The position numbers were made by a program, and so were the translations under genes. Source: an uncultured Gemmatimonadaceae bacterium (GTDB lineage Bacteria > Gemmatimonadota > Gemmatimonadetes > Gemmatimonadales > Gemmatimonadaceae). From it: a stretch of 64,000 bases of DNA. The DNA lies in contig CAWJMB010000002.1 of assembly GCA_963843845.1 (NCBI GenBank), positions 1,664,001-1,728,000 of the forward strand, given 5' to 3'. The stretch's first letter is position 1, and the number at the start of each line of letters is the position of its first letter. Below, piece after piece: positions 20,080-29,964 of this stretch. The notes beneath the pieces were generated by a model, which saw only the letters and a program-made list of their open reading frames with translations, made no database searches and was not told where the DNA came from.

Positions 20080-21653
20080 CGACGAACGCGCCGAGTCTCG
20101 CGACGCTCGATCCGCTCGAGCTCACCGTCTGGTCGCACGCCGTCGCCATGATCGCCGAGGAGATGGGGAGCGTTCTCGTGCGGTCGGCGCTGTCGCCGAA
20201 CATCCGCGAGCGGCGCGACGCGTCGTCGGCGATCTTCGACGCGGGTGGACGCATGGTCGCGCAGGCCGCGCACATCCCCGTTCACCTCGGCGCGATGCCG
20301 GCGTCAGTCGCGGCGGTCCGGGCGCGCGAGCCCGTCCCCGGCGACGTGTTTCTGCTCAACGACCCCTTCCACGGCGGCTCGCATCTCCCCGATCTGACGA
20401 CGGTCGAAGCGATCGGCGATCCAGGCCGACCGAACGCTGCGACGCACGACGCCGTGATCGGCTATGCCGTCGTGCGCGCTCATCACGCCGACGTGGGCGG
20501 GATGAGCCCGGGGAGCATGCCGCAGGGGGCGACGGAGCTCGTGCAGGAAGGGATCGTCATCCCGCCGGTGCGGCTGGTGCGCGCAGGAACGCTCGTCGAC
20601 GACGTCCTCGCGCTCCTGCTCGCGAACGTGCGGACGCCAGACGAGCGCAGGGGCGACCTGCGCGCGCAGCTCGCGGCGTCTGCGGCCGGACGCGACGGGT
20701 GGCGCGCGCTGCTGCAGCGCGAGGGCGGGGGGCGGGTCCGCGCCGCCGTGGACGCGCTGCTCGACTACACGCAACAGCGTGCCTCGGCGGTGCTGCGCAC
20801 GTACGAGGGCGTGCGTGGCCGGGCGCGTGACGCGCTCGAGGGCGACGGCGTCACCGAGGACGACGTTCCGGTGCAGGTCGCGGTTCACGTCGCCGACGGC
20901 GCGTTGCACGTCGACCTCGCTGGCACGTCGCCGCAGGTGCGCGGCAACGTGAACTGTCCGCCTGGCGTCGCGATGGCCGCCGCGGTGTTCGTGTTGCGCA
21001 CGCTGCTCGACGGCGACGTGCCGACGAACGACGGCATCGCGCGCGCGATCCGCCTGACGATTCCCGACGACTGTGCGGCGAACGCCCGCTGGCCCGCCGC
21101 GGTCGCGGCGGGGAACGTCGAGATGTCGCAGCGCATCACCGACACCCTGTTCCTCGCGCTCGCCGACGCCGGTGTGCCGGTGTGCGCGCAGGGCCAGGGA
21201 ACGATGAACAACGTCACCTTCGGCGGCGACGGCTGGACGTTCTACGAAACGTTAGGCGGGGGGCAGGGAGCGAGCGCTCGTGGCAGCGGGCCGAGCGGCG
21301 TACACGTGGGGATGAGCAACACGCTGAACACCCCAGTCGAGTCGCTCGAGACGAGCTATCCGCTGCGCATCGACCGCTATGCCGTGCGGCGTGGAAGCGG
21401 GGGCGATGGAGCGCGTCGCGGTGGCGACGGCATCGTTCGCAGCTATCGTGCGCTGGAGCCGTGCACGGTCACCCTCGTCACCGAGCGACGGCGGCACGCA
21501 CCGCAAGGGATCGACGGCGGGGGGGCCGGAGCGGTGGGCCGCAACCTGCTCAACGGCGTTCCGATTCCCGCGAAAGCGCGGGTGCGACTCGTCGCCGGCG
21601 ACGTCGTGACGATCGAGACGCCGGGCGGCGGCGGGCACGGCGCGCCGTACTAG
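20076..21653 (+). CDS. Hydantoinase B / oxoprolinase subunit B
   Basis: SPNIRERRDAS, HIPVHLGAM, NDPFHGGSHLPD, HHADVGG, NTPVESLE, ETPGGGG. Confidence 0.93.
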   Translation: MTTNAPSLATLDPLELTVWSHAVAMIAEEMGSVLVRSALSPNIRERRDASSAIFDAGGRMVAQAAHIPVHLGAMPASVAAVRAREPVPGDVFLLNDPFHGGSHLPDLTTVEAIGDPGRPNAATHDAVIGYAVVRAHHADVGGMSPGSMPQGATELVQEGIVIPPVRLVRAGTLVDDVLALLLANVRTPDERRGDLRAQLAASAAGRDGWRALLQREGGGRVRAAVDALLDYTQQRASAVLRTYEGVRGRARDALEGDGVTEDDVPVQVAVHVADGALHVDLAGTSPQVRGNVNCPPGVAMAAAVFVLRTLLDGDVPTNDGIARAIRLTIPDDCAANARWPAAVAAGNVEMSQRITDTLFLALADAGVPVCAQGQGTMNNVTFGGDGWTFYETLGGGQGASARGSGPSGVHVGMSNTLNTPVESLETSYPLRIDRYAVRRGSGGDGARRGGDGIVRSYRALEPCTVTLVTERRRHAPQGIDGGGAGAVGRNLLNGVPIPAKARVRLVAGDVVTIETPGGGGHGAPY

Positions 21654-22534
21654 GCGCGGAGAACGAGGCCTTCCGACGCGGCCACGACCCGCATGGCGCT
21701 CCCGGCCGCTCGCACGTGATCCCGCGCGTCGCTGAGGATGCGGTCGACGGCGTCGTCGTCGCGGTCGGGGTGGTGGTGAAACAGCACGACGCGCTCCACG
21801 CCTGCGGCGATCCCGAGGTCGACGACGTCGTTCCACGCCGAGTGCCCCCAGCCGGAGTATGCCGGCAACTCGGTGGGGAGAAACGTGGCGTCGTGCACGA
21901 GCAGCGAGGCTCGCGCGCATGCGCGCAGCCACCCGTCACGCAACGCGTCGTGCTGCGTCGCACGGATCTCGTTGTCGGGCGCGTAGACGATCCACGGGTC
22001 GTGACCCGTACGACCCACCGTCCACATCGCCGCGTCGTCCGCGTGTCGCGCGGCGACCGGACGCACCGTCACGCCATCGAGCGTGAGGCCCGACTCGTCG
22101 AGCGCGTGGAACTCGACGCGGGCGGCGAGCGCGTCGAAGTGCACGGGAAAGACAGGCGACTGCATCTGTGCGCGAATCACACGCTCCGCCGCATCGCGCA
22201 GCGCGACCGGTGTGTAGATGCGGACGAGCGACCCGGGCACGTAGAGCGGCGCGAAGAAGGGGAGCCCCTGAACGTGGTCCCAGTGCGCGTGCGTCAGGAA
22301 CAGCGAGACCTCCGTCGCGCCGCGCCCGTCGTCACCGTCGGCCGCCTGCCGCGACCCGCGACGCATCGCGTCGCCGAGCGTACGGATGCCGGTTCCGGCG
22401 TCGAACACCAGCGTGCGGCCGGACGGGAGGGTGACGGTCAGGCACGCCGTGTTGCCGCCGTATCGGCGCGTGCAGTGAGCGGACGACGGCGTCGAACCGC
22501 GGACGCCCCAGCAGCGAACGATCACATCCGACAT
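21650..22534 (-). CDS. Metallo-beta-lactamase-fold hydrolase (phosphodiesterase-like)
   Basis: WGVRGSTP, YGGNTAC, DAGTG, THAHWDHVQG, WGHS, FHHHP. Confidence 0.88.
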   Translation of the reverse strand: MSDVIVRCWGVRGSTPSSAHCTRRYGGNTACLTVTLPSGRTLVFDAGTGIRTLGDAMRRGSRQAADGDDGRGATEVSLFLTHAHWDHVQGLPFFAPLYVPGSLVRIYTPVALRDAAERVIRAQMQSPVFPVHFDALAARVEFHALDESGLTLDGVTVRPVAARHADDAAMWTVGRTGHDPWIVYAPDNEIRATQHDALRDGWLRACARASLLVHDATFLPTELPAYSGWGHSAWNDVVDLGIAAGVERVVLFHHHPDRDDDAVDRILSDARDHVRAAGSAMRVVAASEGLVLRA

Positions 22535-22541
22535 TCGCCGC

Positions 22542-23336
22542 CTAACGATCGGCCTCTGGTGCCGCACCCGCCGCCTCGATGGTCGCCTCGCCCGTCATCT
22601 CGCTCGTCGCGTGCGCGTCGAGTGTGGCGCGAGCGGCGGCCCGGCCGGGCCTCGTCGATGCGCCGGGTTTCGCGCGTCGCGCGAGCGCGTCGGCGTCGAC
22701 CACACGGACGGTGCGGCGCTCGACGACGACGAGTCCTGCCTCCTGCAACTCCTTCATCGCGCGCGAGACCGTCTCGCGGCTCGCGCCGATCATCTGCGCC
22801 ATCGTCTCGTGGGTCGGCGCACGGTCGAGGGCGGGCGGATCGCCTGTGGCGCGGTCGAGAATGAGGCGCGCGACGCGGCCCGGCACGTCGAGCAGCACGA
22901 GGCTGGCGATCTTGTCGTCCGCCTCGCGCAGGCGGCGCGACAGCTCCTCGAGGAGCGCCCACGCGACGCGGGGCTGACGCTCGACCTCGCGCCGGAAGTC
23001 GTCGCGTCGCAACACGAGCAGCACGGCCTGGTCGAGCGCGACGACGTGGGCGGAGCGCGGGCCTCCGTCGATGAGCGCGAGCTCGCCGAAGTGTGCGCCC
23101 TGGCCCAACGTATCGAGGATGACTTCGCGTCCGTCGTCGCCGACGACGGTGACTTTGACGGAGCCGGAGCGCACCACGAAGAGGGCGTCGCCCGGATCGC
23201 CCTGGCGAACGATGAGCGCGCCACGCGGGTACCGCTGCTCGCGCGCGAGCTCGGCGAACCCGCGGCGCTCGTCAGCCGAGAGGCGCCGGAACAGCGTGAC
23301 CGATCCGAGGAAGTCGGCGAGTCGATGTACGAGCAT
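22542..23336 (-). CDS. Crp/Fnr family transcriptional regulator
   Basis: cNMP pocket FGELALIDGGPRSA; HTH MAQMIGASRETVSR. Confidence 0.92.
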   Translation of the reverse strand: MLVHRLADFLGSVTLFRRLSADERRGFAELAREQRYPRGALIVRQGDPGDALFVVRSGSVKVTVVGDDGREVILDTLGQGAHFGELALIDGGPRSAHVVALDQAVLLVLRRDDFRREVERQPRVAWALLEELSRRLREADDKIASLVLLDVPGRVARLILDRATGDPPALDRAPTHETMAQMIGASRETVSRAMKELQEAGLVVVERRTVRVVDADALARRAKPGASTRPGRAAARATLDAHATSEMTGEATIEAAGAAPEADR

Positions 23337-23460
23337 GACGGAAGGCTGAGGGTGCGCTGCGGTGCTGTCAACGACTCGCCCGTGCGCAGCGCACACTCGG
23401 TGCCGCAAACCGTTGTGCGGTTGTTCCTTACGCGATTCGGCGGCTATATTCCGCGGCCTC

Positions 23461-24540
23461 ATGAGCGAAGTCGATGCGCTGCGCGACCGGTTGAACGAGG
23501 CGCTCGCGCGCGCCGCGGACGTCGAGCGCGAGCTCGCGGACAGCGATACCGCGCGTGACTCGAAACGGCTGGCGGAGCTGGCGCGCGAGCATCACCGGCT
23601 GGCCGCGGTCGTCGAGACGAGCCGCCGGCTCGACAAGGCGAATGCCGAGCTGCACGACGCGCGCGATCTCGCCACGTCGGACGACGCAGAGCTGGCAGCC
23701 GAGGCCGTCGCCGAAGGCGTGCGCCTCGACGCGGAGGTCGCCGCGCTGGAGCGGGCACTGCGGCCGCTGCTCATCCCGCCGGACCCGCTCGACGACCGGC
23801 CGTGCATCGTCGAGATTCGCGCGGGGACGGGCGGCGACGAAGCCGGGCTGTTCGCCGCCGACCTGCTGCGCATGTACACGCGGTACGTCGAACGGCGCGG
23901 CTGGCGGATCGAGACGTTGTCGTACAGCGACGGGACGTTAGGCGGCATCAAGGAAGCCGTCTTCAAGGTCGACGGTGCCGGCGCGTTCGGCGCGCTACGT
24001 CACGAGAGCGGGGTGCATCGGGTGCAGCGCGTTCCCGCGACGGAGACGCAGGGCCGCATTCACACCTCGGCGGCGACGGTCGCCGTGCTGCCCGAGGCGG
24101 AGGAGATCGATCTGCGCATCGACGACAAGGAGCTGCGCATCGACGTCTTCCGCTCGTCGGGGCCGGGCGGGCAGAGCGTCAACACGACCGACAGCGCCGT
24201 CCGGATCACGCACCTGCCGACCGGCGTCGTCGTCAGCCAGCAGGACCAGAAATCGCAGCTCCAGAACAAGATCAAGGGGATGCAGATCCTGCGCGCGCGG
24301 CTGCTCGACCGGATGATCGCCGAACGCGAGGCGGAGCGGGCGCGAATCCGCCGCTCGCAGGTCAGCACCGGCGACCGGTCGGCGAAGATCCGGACGTACA
24401 ACTTTCCGCAGAGCCGCGTGACCGATCACCGGATCGGCTTCACGACGCACGACATCGCCGGCGTCATGAACGGCGAGATCGCGCCGCTCATCGACGCGCT
24501 GCAGGTCGCGGACGTCGAAGAGCGGCTCGCCGACGCGTGA
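23461..24540 (+). CDS. prfA: Peptide chain release factor 1
   Basis: [19 protein letters not shown] (PxT), [19 protein letters not shown]. Confidence 0.97.
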   Translation: MSEVDALRDRLNEALARAADVERELADSDTARDSKRLAELAREHHRLAAVVETSRRLDKANAELHDARDLATSDDAELAAEAVAEGVRLDAEVAALERALRPLLIPPDPLDDRPCIVEIRAGTGGDEAGLFAADLLRMYTRYVERRGWRIETLSYSDGTLGGIKEAVFKVDGAGAFGALRHESGVHRVQRVPATETQGRIHTSAATVAVLPEAEEIDLRIDDKELRIDVFRSSGPGGQSVNTTDSAVRITHLPTGVVVSQQDQKSQLQNKIKGMQILRARLLDRMIAEREAERARIRRSQVSTGDRSAKIRTYNFPQSRVTDHRIGFTTHDIAGVMNGEIAPLIDALQVADVEERLADA

Positions 24541-24558
24541 CGCGACCGGGCGACACGG

Positions 24559-25440
24559 ATGCCTGAGGTCGCGGCGCGACACGCGCGCACGATCGGCGCG
24601 CTCGTCGCCGAGCTGACCGCGCGGCTCGCGGCGTCGCATGTGGCGAACCCGCGTGACGAGGCACGTGATCTGGTCGCCGCGCTGCTCGACGTGCCGCGCT
24701 TCTGGCCGACGACGCACCGCGACGCGGTCGCCGACGAAACGCTGTGCACCGCGTCGCACCGCGCCGCCGATCGGCGTACCGCGGGAGCCCCGTTCGCGTA
24801 CGCCGTCGGACGCGCCGCGTTCCGACATCTGACGCTCGACGTCGACGAGCGCGTGCTCATTCCGCGTCAGGAGACGGAAGTCCTCGTCGACGAAGTGCTG
24901 CGCGCGGTGGGCGATCGGGCCGGCGGGACGGCGGTCGACGTCGGCACCGGCTCGGGCGCGATCGCCCTCGCGCTCGCGAGCGAGGGGCACTTCGCGCGCG
25001 TCATCGCCACCGACGTGTCGCGCGACGCGCTCGACGTCGCACGACGGAACGTCGCACTCTGCGCTCGCGCGTTAGGCACCCCGGTCGAGCTCCGCCTCGG
25101 GTCGCTGCTCGCGCCCGTCACGGGGGAACGGGCTCGGTGCGTCGTGTCGAACCCGCCGTACATCGCGTACGACGAGGCGCCCGCGCTTCCTCCCGGCGTG
25201 CGGAACTGGGAGCCGGCGCTCGCGCTGTTCAGCGGCAGGGACGGCATGGCCGCGATCGAGGCGATCGTCCGGGGCGCGGCGGACGTGCTCGACGCCGACG
25301 GCCTGCTCGCGCTCGAGGTCGACACGCGCCGCGCCGCGCTCGCCGCCGAACTGGCGGCGGTCGACGGCCGCTATCGGAACGTGCGCGTGTGCCTCGACCT
25401 CACCGGGCGCGAGCGGTTCGTGCTCGCGACGCGCGCCTGA
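24559..25440 (+). CDS. prmC: Release factor glutamine methyltransferase
   Basis: VLIPRQETE, DVGTGSGAIA, SNPPYI; follows prfA. Confidence 0.95.
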   Translation: MPEVAARHARTIGALVAELTARLAASHVANPRDEARDLVAALLDVPRFWPTTHRDAVADETLCTASHRAADRRTAGAPFAYAVGRAAFRHLTLDVDERVLIPRQETEVLVDEVLRAVGDRAGGTAVDVGTGSGAIALALASEGHFARVIATDVSRDALDVARRNVALCARALGTPVELRLGSLLAPVTGERARCVVSNPPYIAYDEAPALPPGVRNWEPALALFSGRDGMAAIEAIVRGAADVLDADGLLALEVDTRRAALAAELAAVDGRYRNVRVCLDLTGRERFVLATRA

Positions 25441-25500
25441 GCGATCGGCCGGCGCTACTTTTCTCGGACCACGCACCCTGCCGTTTCCAGCATTCCGCAC

Positions 25501-25854
25501 ATGCTACAAGACAAAGCGATCGAGCTCGGACGTCTCATCGGCCAGAGCGACGAGTACAAGGCGGTGAAGCGCACGAACGAGGCGCTCAGCGAGGACCGAG
25601 AGTCGGTCGCGCTCATCCGCCAGATGGAGCAGCTGCGCCGCGACGCACAGACGATGATCGAGCACGGCGAGAGCCCCACGCCCGAGATGGAGCAGCAGCT
25701 GGACGAGCTGCTCGCCAAGGTGCAGGTGAGCACGACGTATCAGCGCGCCATCGCGTCGCAGGACAACTTCGACAAGCTCATGCTCCGCGTGAACGAATGG
25801 ATCAGCGAGGGGATCCGGAAGGGCGCGGCGAGCCCGATCATCACGCTGGGATAG
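25501..25854 (+). CDS. YlbF/YmcA (Com_YlbF) family protein
   Basis: KAIELGRLIGQSDEYKA... all-helical pattern, 117 aa. Confidence 0.7.
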   Translation: MLQDKAIELGRLIGQSDEYKAVKRTNEALSEDRESVALIRQMEQLRRDAQTMIEHGESPTPEMEQQLDELLAKVQVSTTYQRAIASQDNFDKLMLRVNEWISEGIRKGAASPIITLG

Positions 25855-25861
25855 CTGGACC

Positions 25862-26542
25862 GTGCGTGCGTCGCGCCGACGCGGGCTGCTCGTCGTCTTC
25901 GAGGGGCCGGAGGGGGTCGGGAAGACCACACAGCTGACGTCGCTCGCGGATCGACTCGCTCGCCGATCGGTCGCCTCGGAGACCTACCGTGAGCCGGGCG
26001 GCACCCCGTTAGGCACGGAGATTCGGCGCCTGCTGCTGCACTCGACCGACCGCGTCGTGGCGCGCGCCGAAGCGCTGCTCTTCATGGCGGCGCGAGCGCA
26101 GCTGATGGAGCACGTCACCGAGCGTCTCGCCGATGGCGTCGTCGTGCTGCTGGACCGGTTCTTCCTGTCCACGTACGCGTATCAGATCGCCGGACGCGGG
26201 CTCGACGCGGACGGGGTACGGCGCGCGAACGCGCTCGCCGTGGGCGACATCGTGCCCGACCTCACGTTGTTGCTGACGATCGCGCCCGAGGAGGCGGGAG
26301 CGCGGGTGCGCGCGCGCGGCGCGCTCGACCGGATCGAATCCGAGGACGTCGAGTTCCACCGGCGGGTGACCCACGCGTTCCGCACTGCGGCCGAGCCGGG
26401 CTGGCAGCGCGCGCACCCCGAGGTCGGCCCGATCGTCGCGATCGACGGCGAGGGGAGCCCGGCCGACGTCGCGCGTCGCGTCGACCGTGCGCTGTACGAC
26501 CGATGGCCCGAAACATTCCGGCCGTTGGTCGAGTCTCAGTAG
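25862..26542 (+). CDS. tmk: Thymidylate kinase
   Basis: FEGPEGVGKTTQ, REPGG, LLDRFFLSTYAYQ. Confidence 0.95.
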   Translation: MRASRRRGLLVVFEGPEGVGKTTQLTSLADRLARRSVASETYREPGGTPLGTEIRRLLLHSTDRVVARAEALLFMAARAQLMEHVTERLADGVVVLLDRFFLSTYAYQIAGRGLDADGVRRANALAVGDIVPDLTLLLTIAPEEAGARVRARGALDRIESEDVEFHRRVTHAFRTAAEPGWQRAHPEVGPIVAIDGEGSPADVARRVDRALYDRWPETFRPLVESQ

Positions 26543-26568
26543 TCGGAACGAACACTTTCGAGGTTGTG

Positions 26569-28155
26569 ATGCGGTCTCGCGGAATCGTCGTGCTCGCGTC
26601 GCTCAGTGCGGCGCTCGTCGCTGGTGGCTGGCTCGTGGGACGGGGGCTGCAAGGGCAGGGACCCGCGAACGCCGCTGGGCCGCGCCTGTTCGAACAGGTG
26701 GCGCAGCACGTCGGGCGATACTACGTGGACCCTGTGCCGGACACGACGCTCTACGCGAAGGCGCTCGACGGCATGATCGTCGAACTCGGCGATCCGCACT
26801 CGGCGGTGCTCAGCGCGGACCGCCTCCGCCGCCTCGCAGAGAGCACGACCGGGAACTACACCGGGCTCGGGCTGCGCGTCGAGGCGCGCGACGGATGGCT
26901 GACCGTGATCTCGCCGGTCGCGGGTGCCCCGGCCGAGCGCGCGGGCATTCGCGTCGGCGACCGCATCGTCGAGATCGCGGGTGAGTCGACCAGGGGGTGG
27001 ACGGTCGACGAGGCGAGCAAGCGGCTGCGCGGCGGGCCTCGCACGAAGGTTCGGCTGCTCGTCGAACGACCCGGCGTCGAGGGCCGGATTCCGTTCGACG
27101 TGGCGCGCGACGAGTTCCATGTGCGTTCGGTGCGGCACGTCGCGTTGCTCCGCGACAGTGTCGGTTACCTCGATCTCAGCGTCTTCTCGGAGGCTAGCGC
27201 GCAGGACGTGCGGCACGGGATCGATTCGCTGCGCGCGTTAGGCGCCCGCTCGATACTGCTCGACCTGCGCGGGAACCTGGGCGGGCTGCTCGATCAGGGC
27301 GTGAGCGTCGCCGATCTCTTCCTGGATCGCGGACAGTCGATCGTGAGCACGCGCGGCCGCACGCCGACGGCGAATCACATCTTCCTCGACTCTGCCCCGC
27401 CGCGCTGGGCCGGGCTGCCGCTCGCGGTCCTCGTGAACGAGGCGACGGCGAGCGCCGCGGAGATCGTCGCCGGGGCGCTGCAGGATCACGACCGCGCGCT
27501 CATCATCGGCACGACGTCGTTCGGGAAGGGGAGCGCGCAGAGCGTCTTCCAGCTGCCGAACGGATCGGCGTTGAAGCTGACGACCTCACTCTGGTTCACG
27601 CCGGTCGGGCGGTCCATCAGCAAGCCGATCGTTGCAGCTGCCGACGACCCCGATGGCGAGGACGAGCCGGAATCGGCGACGCGCAAGCAGTTCAAGACCG
27701 ACGCCGGACGCACCGTGTACGGCGGGGGCGGGATCACGCCGGACGTCCCGGCCGGCGACACGATCGTGCCGCCGGCGGAGCTCGGGTTCCTGCGCGCGCT
27801 GGGGCGACAGGTCGGCGCGTTCCGCGACGCGCTGACGGAGTACGCCCTGAGCGTCAAAGGCACGCGGGCGATCTCGGCGCCCGACTTCGTGGTCACGCCG
27901 GCGATGCGCGACGCACTCTGGCAGCGCATGACGGCGCGCGGGATCACGATGGAGCGCGCCGCGTTCGACGCTGCCGAGCAGCTCGTGACGCGACAGATGA
28001 CCTACGAGATCGCGCGGTACGTGTTCGACCAGGAGGCCGAGTTCCGTCGGCGCGCGGCGGACGATCCGGTGATCAACGCCGCGCTCCGCCTCACGGCCGG
28101 CGTTCGCACGCAGCGCGAGCTGTTCGAGCGGGTGCCGGCGGCCAAGCGCGGCTGA
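26569..28155 (+). CDS. S41 family C-terminal processing protease (CtpA/Prc-like)
   Basis: LGDPHS, PDZ domain, LDLRGNLGGLL, TASAAEIVAGALQD, FGKGSAQ. Confidence 0.93.
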   Translation: MRSRGIVVLASLSAALVAGGWLVGRGLQGQGPANAAGPRLFEQVAQHVGRYYVDPVPDTTLYAKALDGMIVELGDPHSAVLSADRLRRLAESTTGNYTGLGLRVEARDGWLTVISPVAGAPAERAGIRVGDRIVEIAGESTRGWTVDEASKRLRGGPRTKVRLLVERPGVEGRIPFDVARDEFHVRSVRHVALLRDSVGYLDLSVFSEASAQDVRHGIDSLRALGARSILLDLRGNLGGLLDQGVSVADLFLDRGQSIVSTRGRTPTANHIFLDSAPPRWAGLPLAVLVNEATASAAEIVAGALQDHDRALIIGTTSFGKGSAQSVFQLPNGSALKLTTSLWFTPVGRSISKPIVAAADDPDGEDEPESATRKQFKTDAGRTVYGGGGITPDVPAGDTIVPPAELGFLRALGRQVGAFRDALTEYALSVKGTRAISAPDFVVTPAMRDALWQRMTARGITMERAAFDAAEQLVTRQMTYEIARYVFDQEAEFRRRAADDPVINAALRLTAGVRTQRELFERVPAAKRG

Positions 28156-28197
28156 CGCGCTCGCGCGGCGGTCAGCGACGCCGTCGCGCCGAGCCGC

Positions 28198-28881
28198 TCA
28201 GTGCGGGCGGAAGGCTGTCGGGTCGACGATCTTCGCGCCAGACGGCACGGCGAACACGAACGTGGCGCGGTCGAGCTTCGCGCTCGGCGACCACGAGGTC
28301 ATGCGCCACGTGCGTTCGAGCCCCGAATCCTGCGTGAGCCCGATCTGGCGCACCGAGCCGTCGGCGTCGTCGACCCACACCTTCGCGCCGACGATCGCCT
28401 GCCCGTCGTCCTTCGGGGTCAGGCGCACGGCGTGCGTCGCGCGCCCGTCGATCGTCGCCGTGCCGGCGTCGGCCACGTCGTACTTCGACCGCGGCGAGAC
28501 GAGCAGGTCGCGCACGAGGTCGAGCCCCATGCTCGACGACCGCGACGCGGGAAGCCGCATCACCTGGCCGGGCACGGCGCTCGGCAGGTAGACCCAGAGC
28601 CAGCGGCCATCGGCGACGACACGGTCGCCCGTCTGCGCGAAACGGAGCGAGAGCTTGTCCGGCTGCGCGAGTGCGAGCTCACCGGCGCTCTTCGACTGGT
28701 TGCCGGTGAGCGGATTGTAGAGCGTCTGCTCGAACGTCGCGCGAACGGTACCGGCGGCGCGGAGCGCGCTCGTCGCGCGGTCGATCGTCGCGGCGGGCGA
28801 CTGCGCGGCGACGGGTGCGGCGGCGACGAGCGTCGTCGCGAGGATCGTCGAGCTGAGCGCGTGCAGTGAATTCGTTCGCAT
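28198..28881 (-). CDS. lolA: Outer-membrane lipoprotein carrier LolA family protein
   Basis: Signal peptide; ATFEQ, VVADGRWLWVY, C-terminal FVFAVPSGA. Confidence 0.8.
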   Translation of the reverse strand: MRTNSLHALSSTILATTLVAAAPVAAQSPAATIDRATSALRAAGTVRATFEQTLYNPLTGNQSKSAGELALAQPDKLSLRFAQTGDRVVADGRWLWVYLPSAVPGQVMRLPASRSSSMGLDLVRDLLVSPRSKYDVADAGTATIDGRATHAVRLTPKDDGQAIVGAKVWVDDADGSVRQIGLTQDSGLERTWRMTSWSPSAKLDRATFVFAVPSGAKIVDPTAFRPH

Positions 28882-28905
28882 GCCACTCGTACCCGACCGC
28901 GACCG

Positions 28906-29946
28906 TCACCGTTCCGGAGACGCGCCCACAGTGATGTCGCGGCCGATCGCGGCCGCGATGGTACGCAGCTCGGGCATCAGCCGAGCGAAGTGTTCGGTGC
29001 TCAGCGTCTGGGCGCCGTCCGAGAGCGCGCGGTCCGGGGTCGGATGCACCTCGAGTATGAGTCCGTCGGCGCCCGCGGCGATCGACGCCCGCGCCATCGA
29101 CGGCACGTAGTCGCGAACGCCGACGCCGTGGCTCGGATCGGCGATGATCGGCAGGTGCGACAGCCGGTGAACGAGTGGGATCGCGGACAGGTCGAACAGG
29201 TTGCGCGTCGCCGAGTCGAAGCCGCGCACGCCCCGTTCGCAGAGGATGACCTGCGTGTTCCCCTCGGCGAGCAGATACTCCGCGGCGAGCAGCAGCTCCT
29301 GGATCGTCGCCGCCATCCCCCGCTTGAGCAGCACCGGGCGTCCGATGCGGCCGAGCGCACGCAGTAGCGAGAAGTTCTGCATGTTGCGCGCGCCGAGCTG
29401 GATGCAGTCAGCGTACTCGGCGACGAGGTGTGCGCCCTCCTCGTCCATCGCCTCGGTGACGATCGCGAGCCCGGTCTCGTCGCGCGCGCGCGCGAGGAAC
29501 TGGAGCCCCTGCTTGCCGAGCCCCTGGAACGAGTACGGCGAGCTCCGCGGCTTGAACGCCCCGCCACGCAGCGCCACGGCGCCGGCCGCGCGTACCGCGT
29601 GGGCGACGGCGATGATCTGCGCCTCGCCTTCGACCGAGCAGGGGCCGGCGATCACCGGGACAGCGCTGCCGCCGAACGCCACCCCGGGCGCGATCTCGAC
29701 GACGGTGTTCTCGGCGCGCCACTCGCGCGAGACCTGCTTGTACGGCGAGGAGACGTGGATGACCTGCGCGACGCCCGGGAGGCCGACGACCGGGGTGCCG
29801 TCGACACGGCGATCGTTCCCGATCAGGCCGACGGCGGTGCACTGCGCGCCGGGCATCTCGACCGGCTGGTAGCCCATCGCGCGGATGACGTCGCAGACTG
29901 CCCCCACCTGCTCGGGCGTCGCGCCGCTCTGCATCACGACCAGCAT
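28906..29946 (-). CDS. aroF: DAHP synthase type I-beta with N-terminal regulatory domain
   Basis: AGPCSVE, GGAFKPRSSPYSFQG, GARNMQNF, LLKRG, ADPSHG. Confidence 0.95.
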   Translation of the reverse strand: MLVVMQSGATPEQVGAVCDVIRAMGYQPVEMPGAQCTAVGLIGNDRRVDGTPVVGLPGVAQVIHVSSPYKQVSREWRAENTVVEIAPGVAFGGSAVPVIAGPCSVEGEAQIIAVAHAVRAAGAVALRGGAFKPRSSPYSFQGLGKQGLQFLARARDETGLAIVTEAMDEEGAHLVAEYADCIQLGARNMQNFSLLRALGRIGRPVLLKRGMAATIQELLLAAEYLLAEGNTQVILCERGVRGFDSATRNLFDLSAIPLVHRLSHLPIIADPSHGVGVRDYVPSMARASIAAGADGLILEVHPTPDRALSDGAQTLSTEHFARLMPELRTIAAAIGRDITVGASPER

Positions 29947-29964
29947 TCGTTCTCCTCGAAATCG

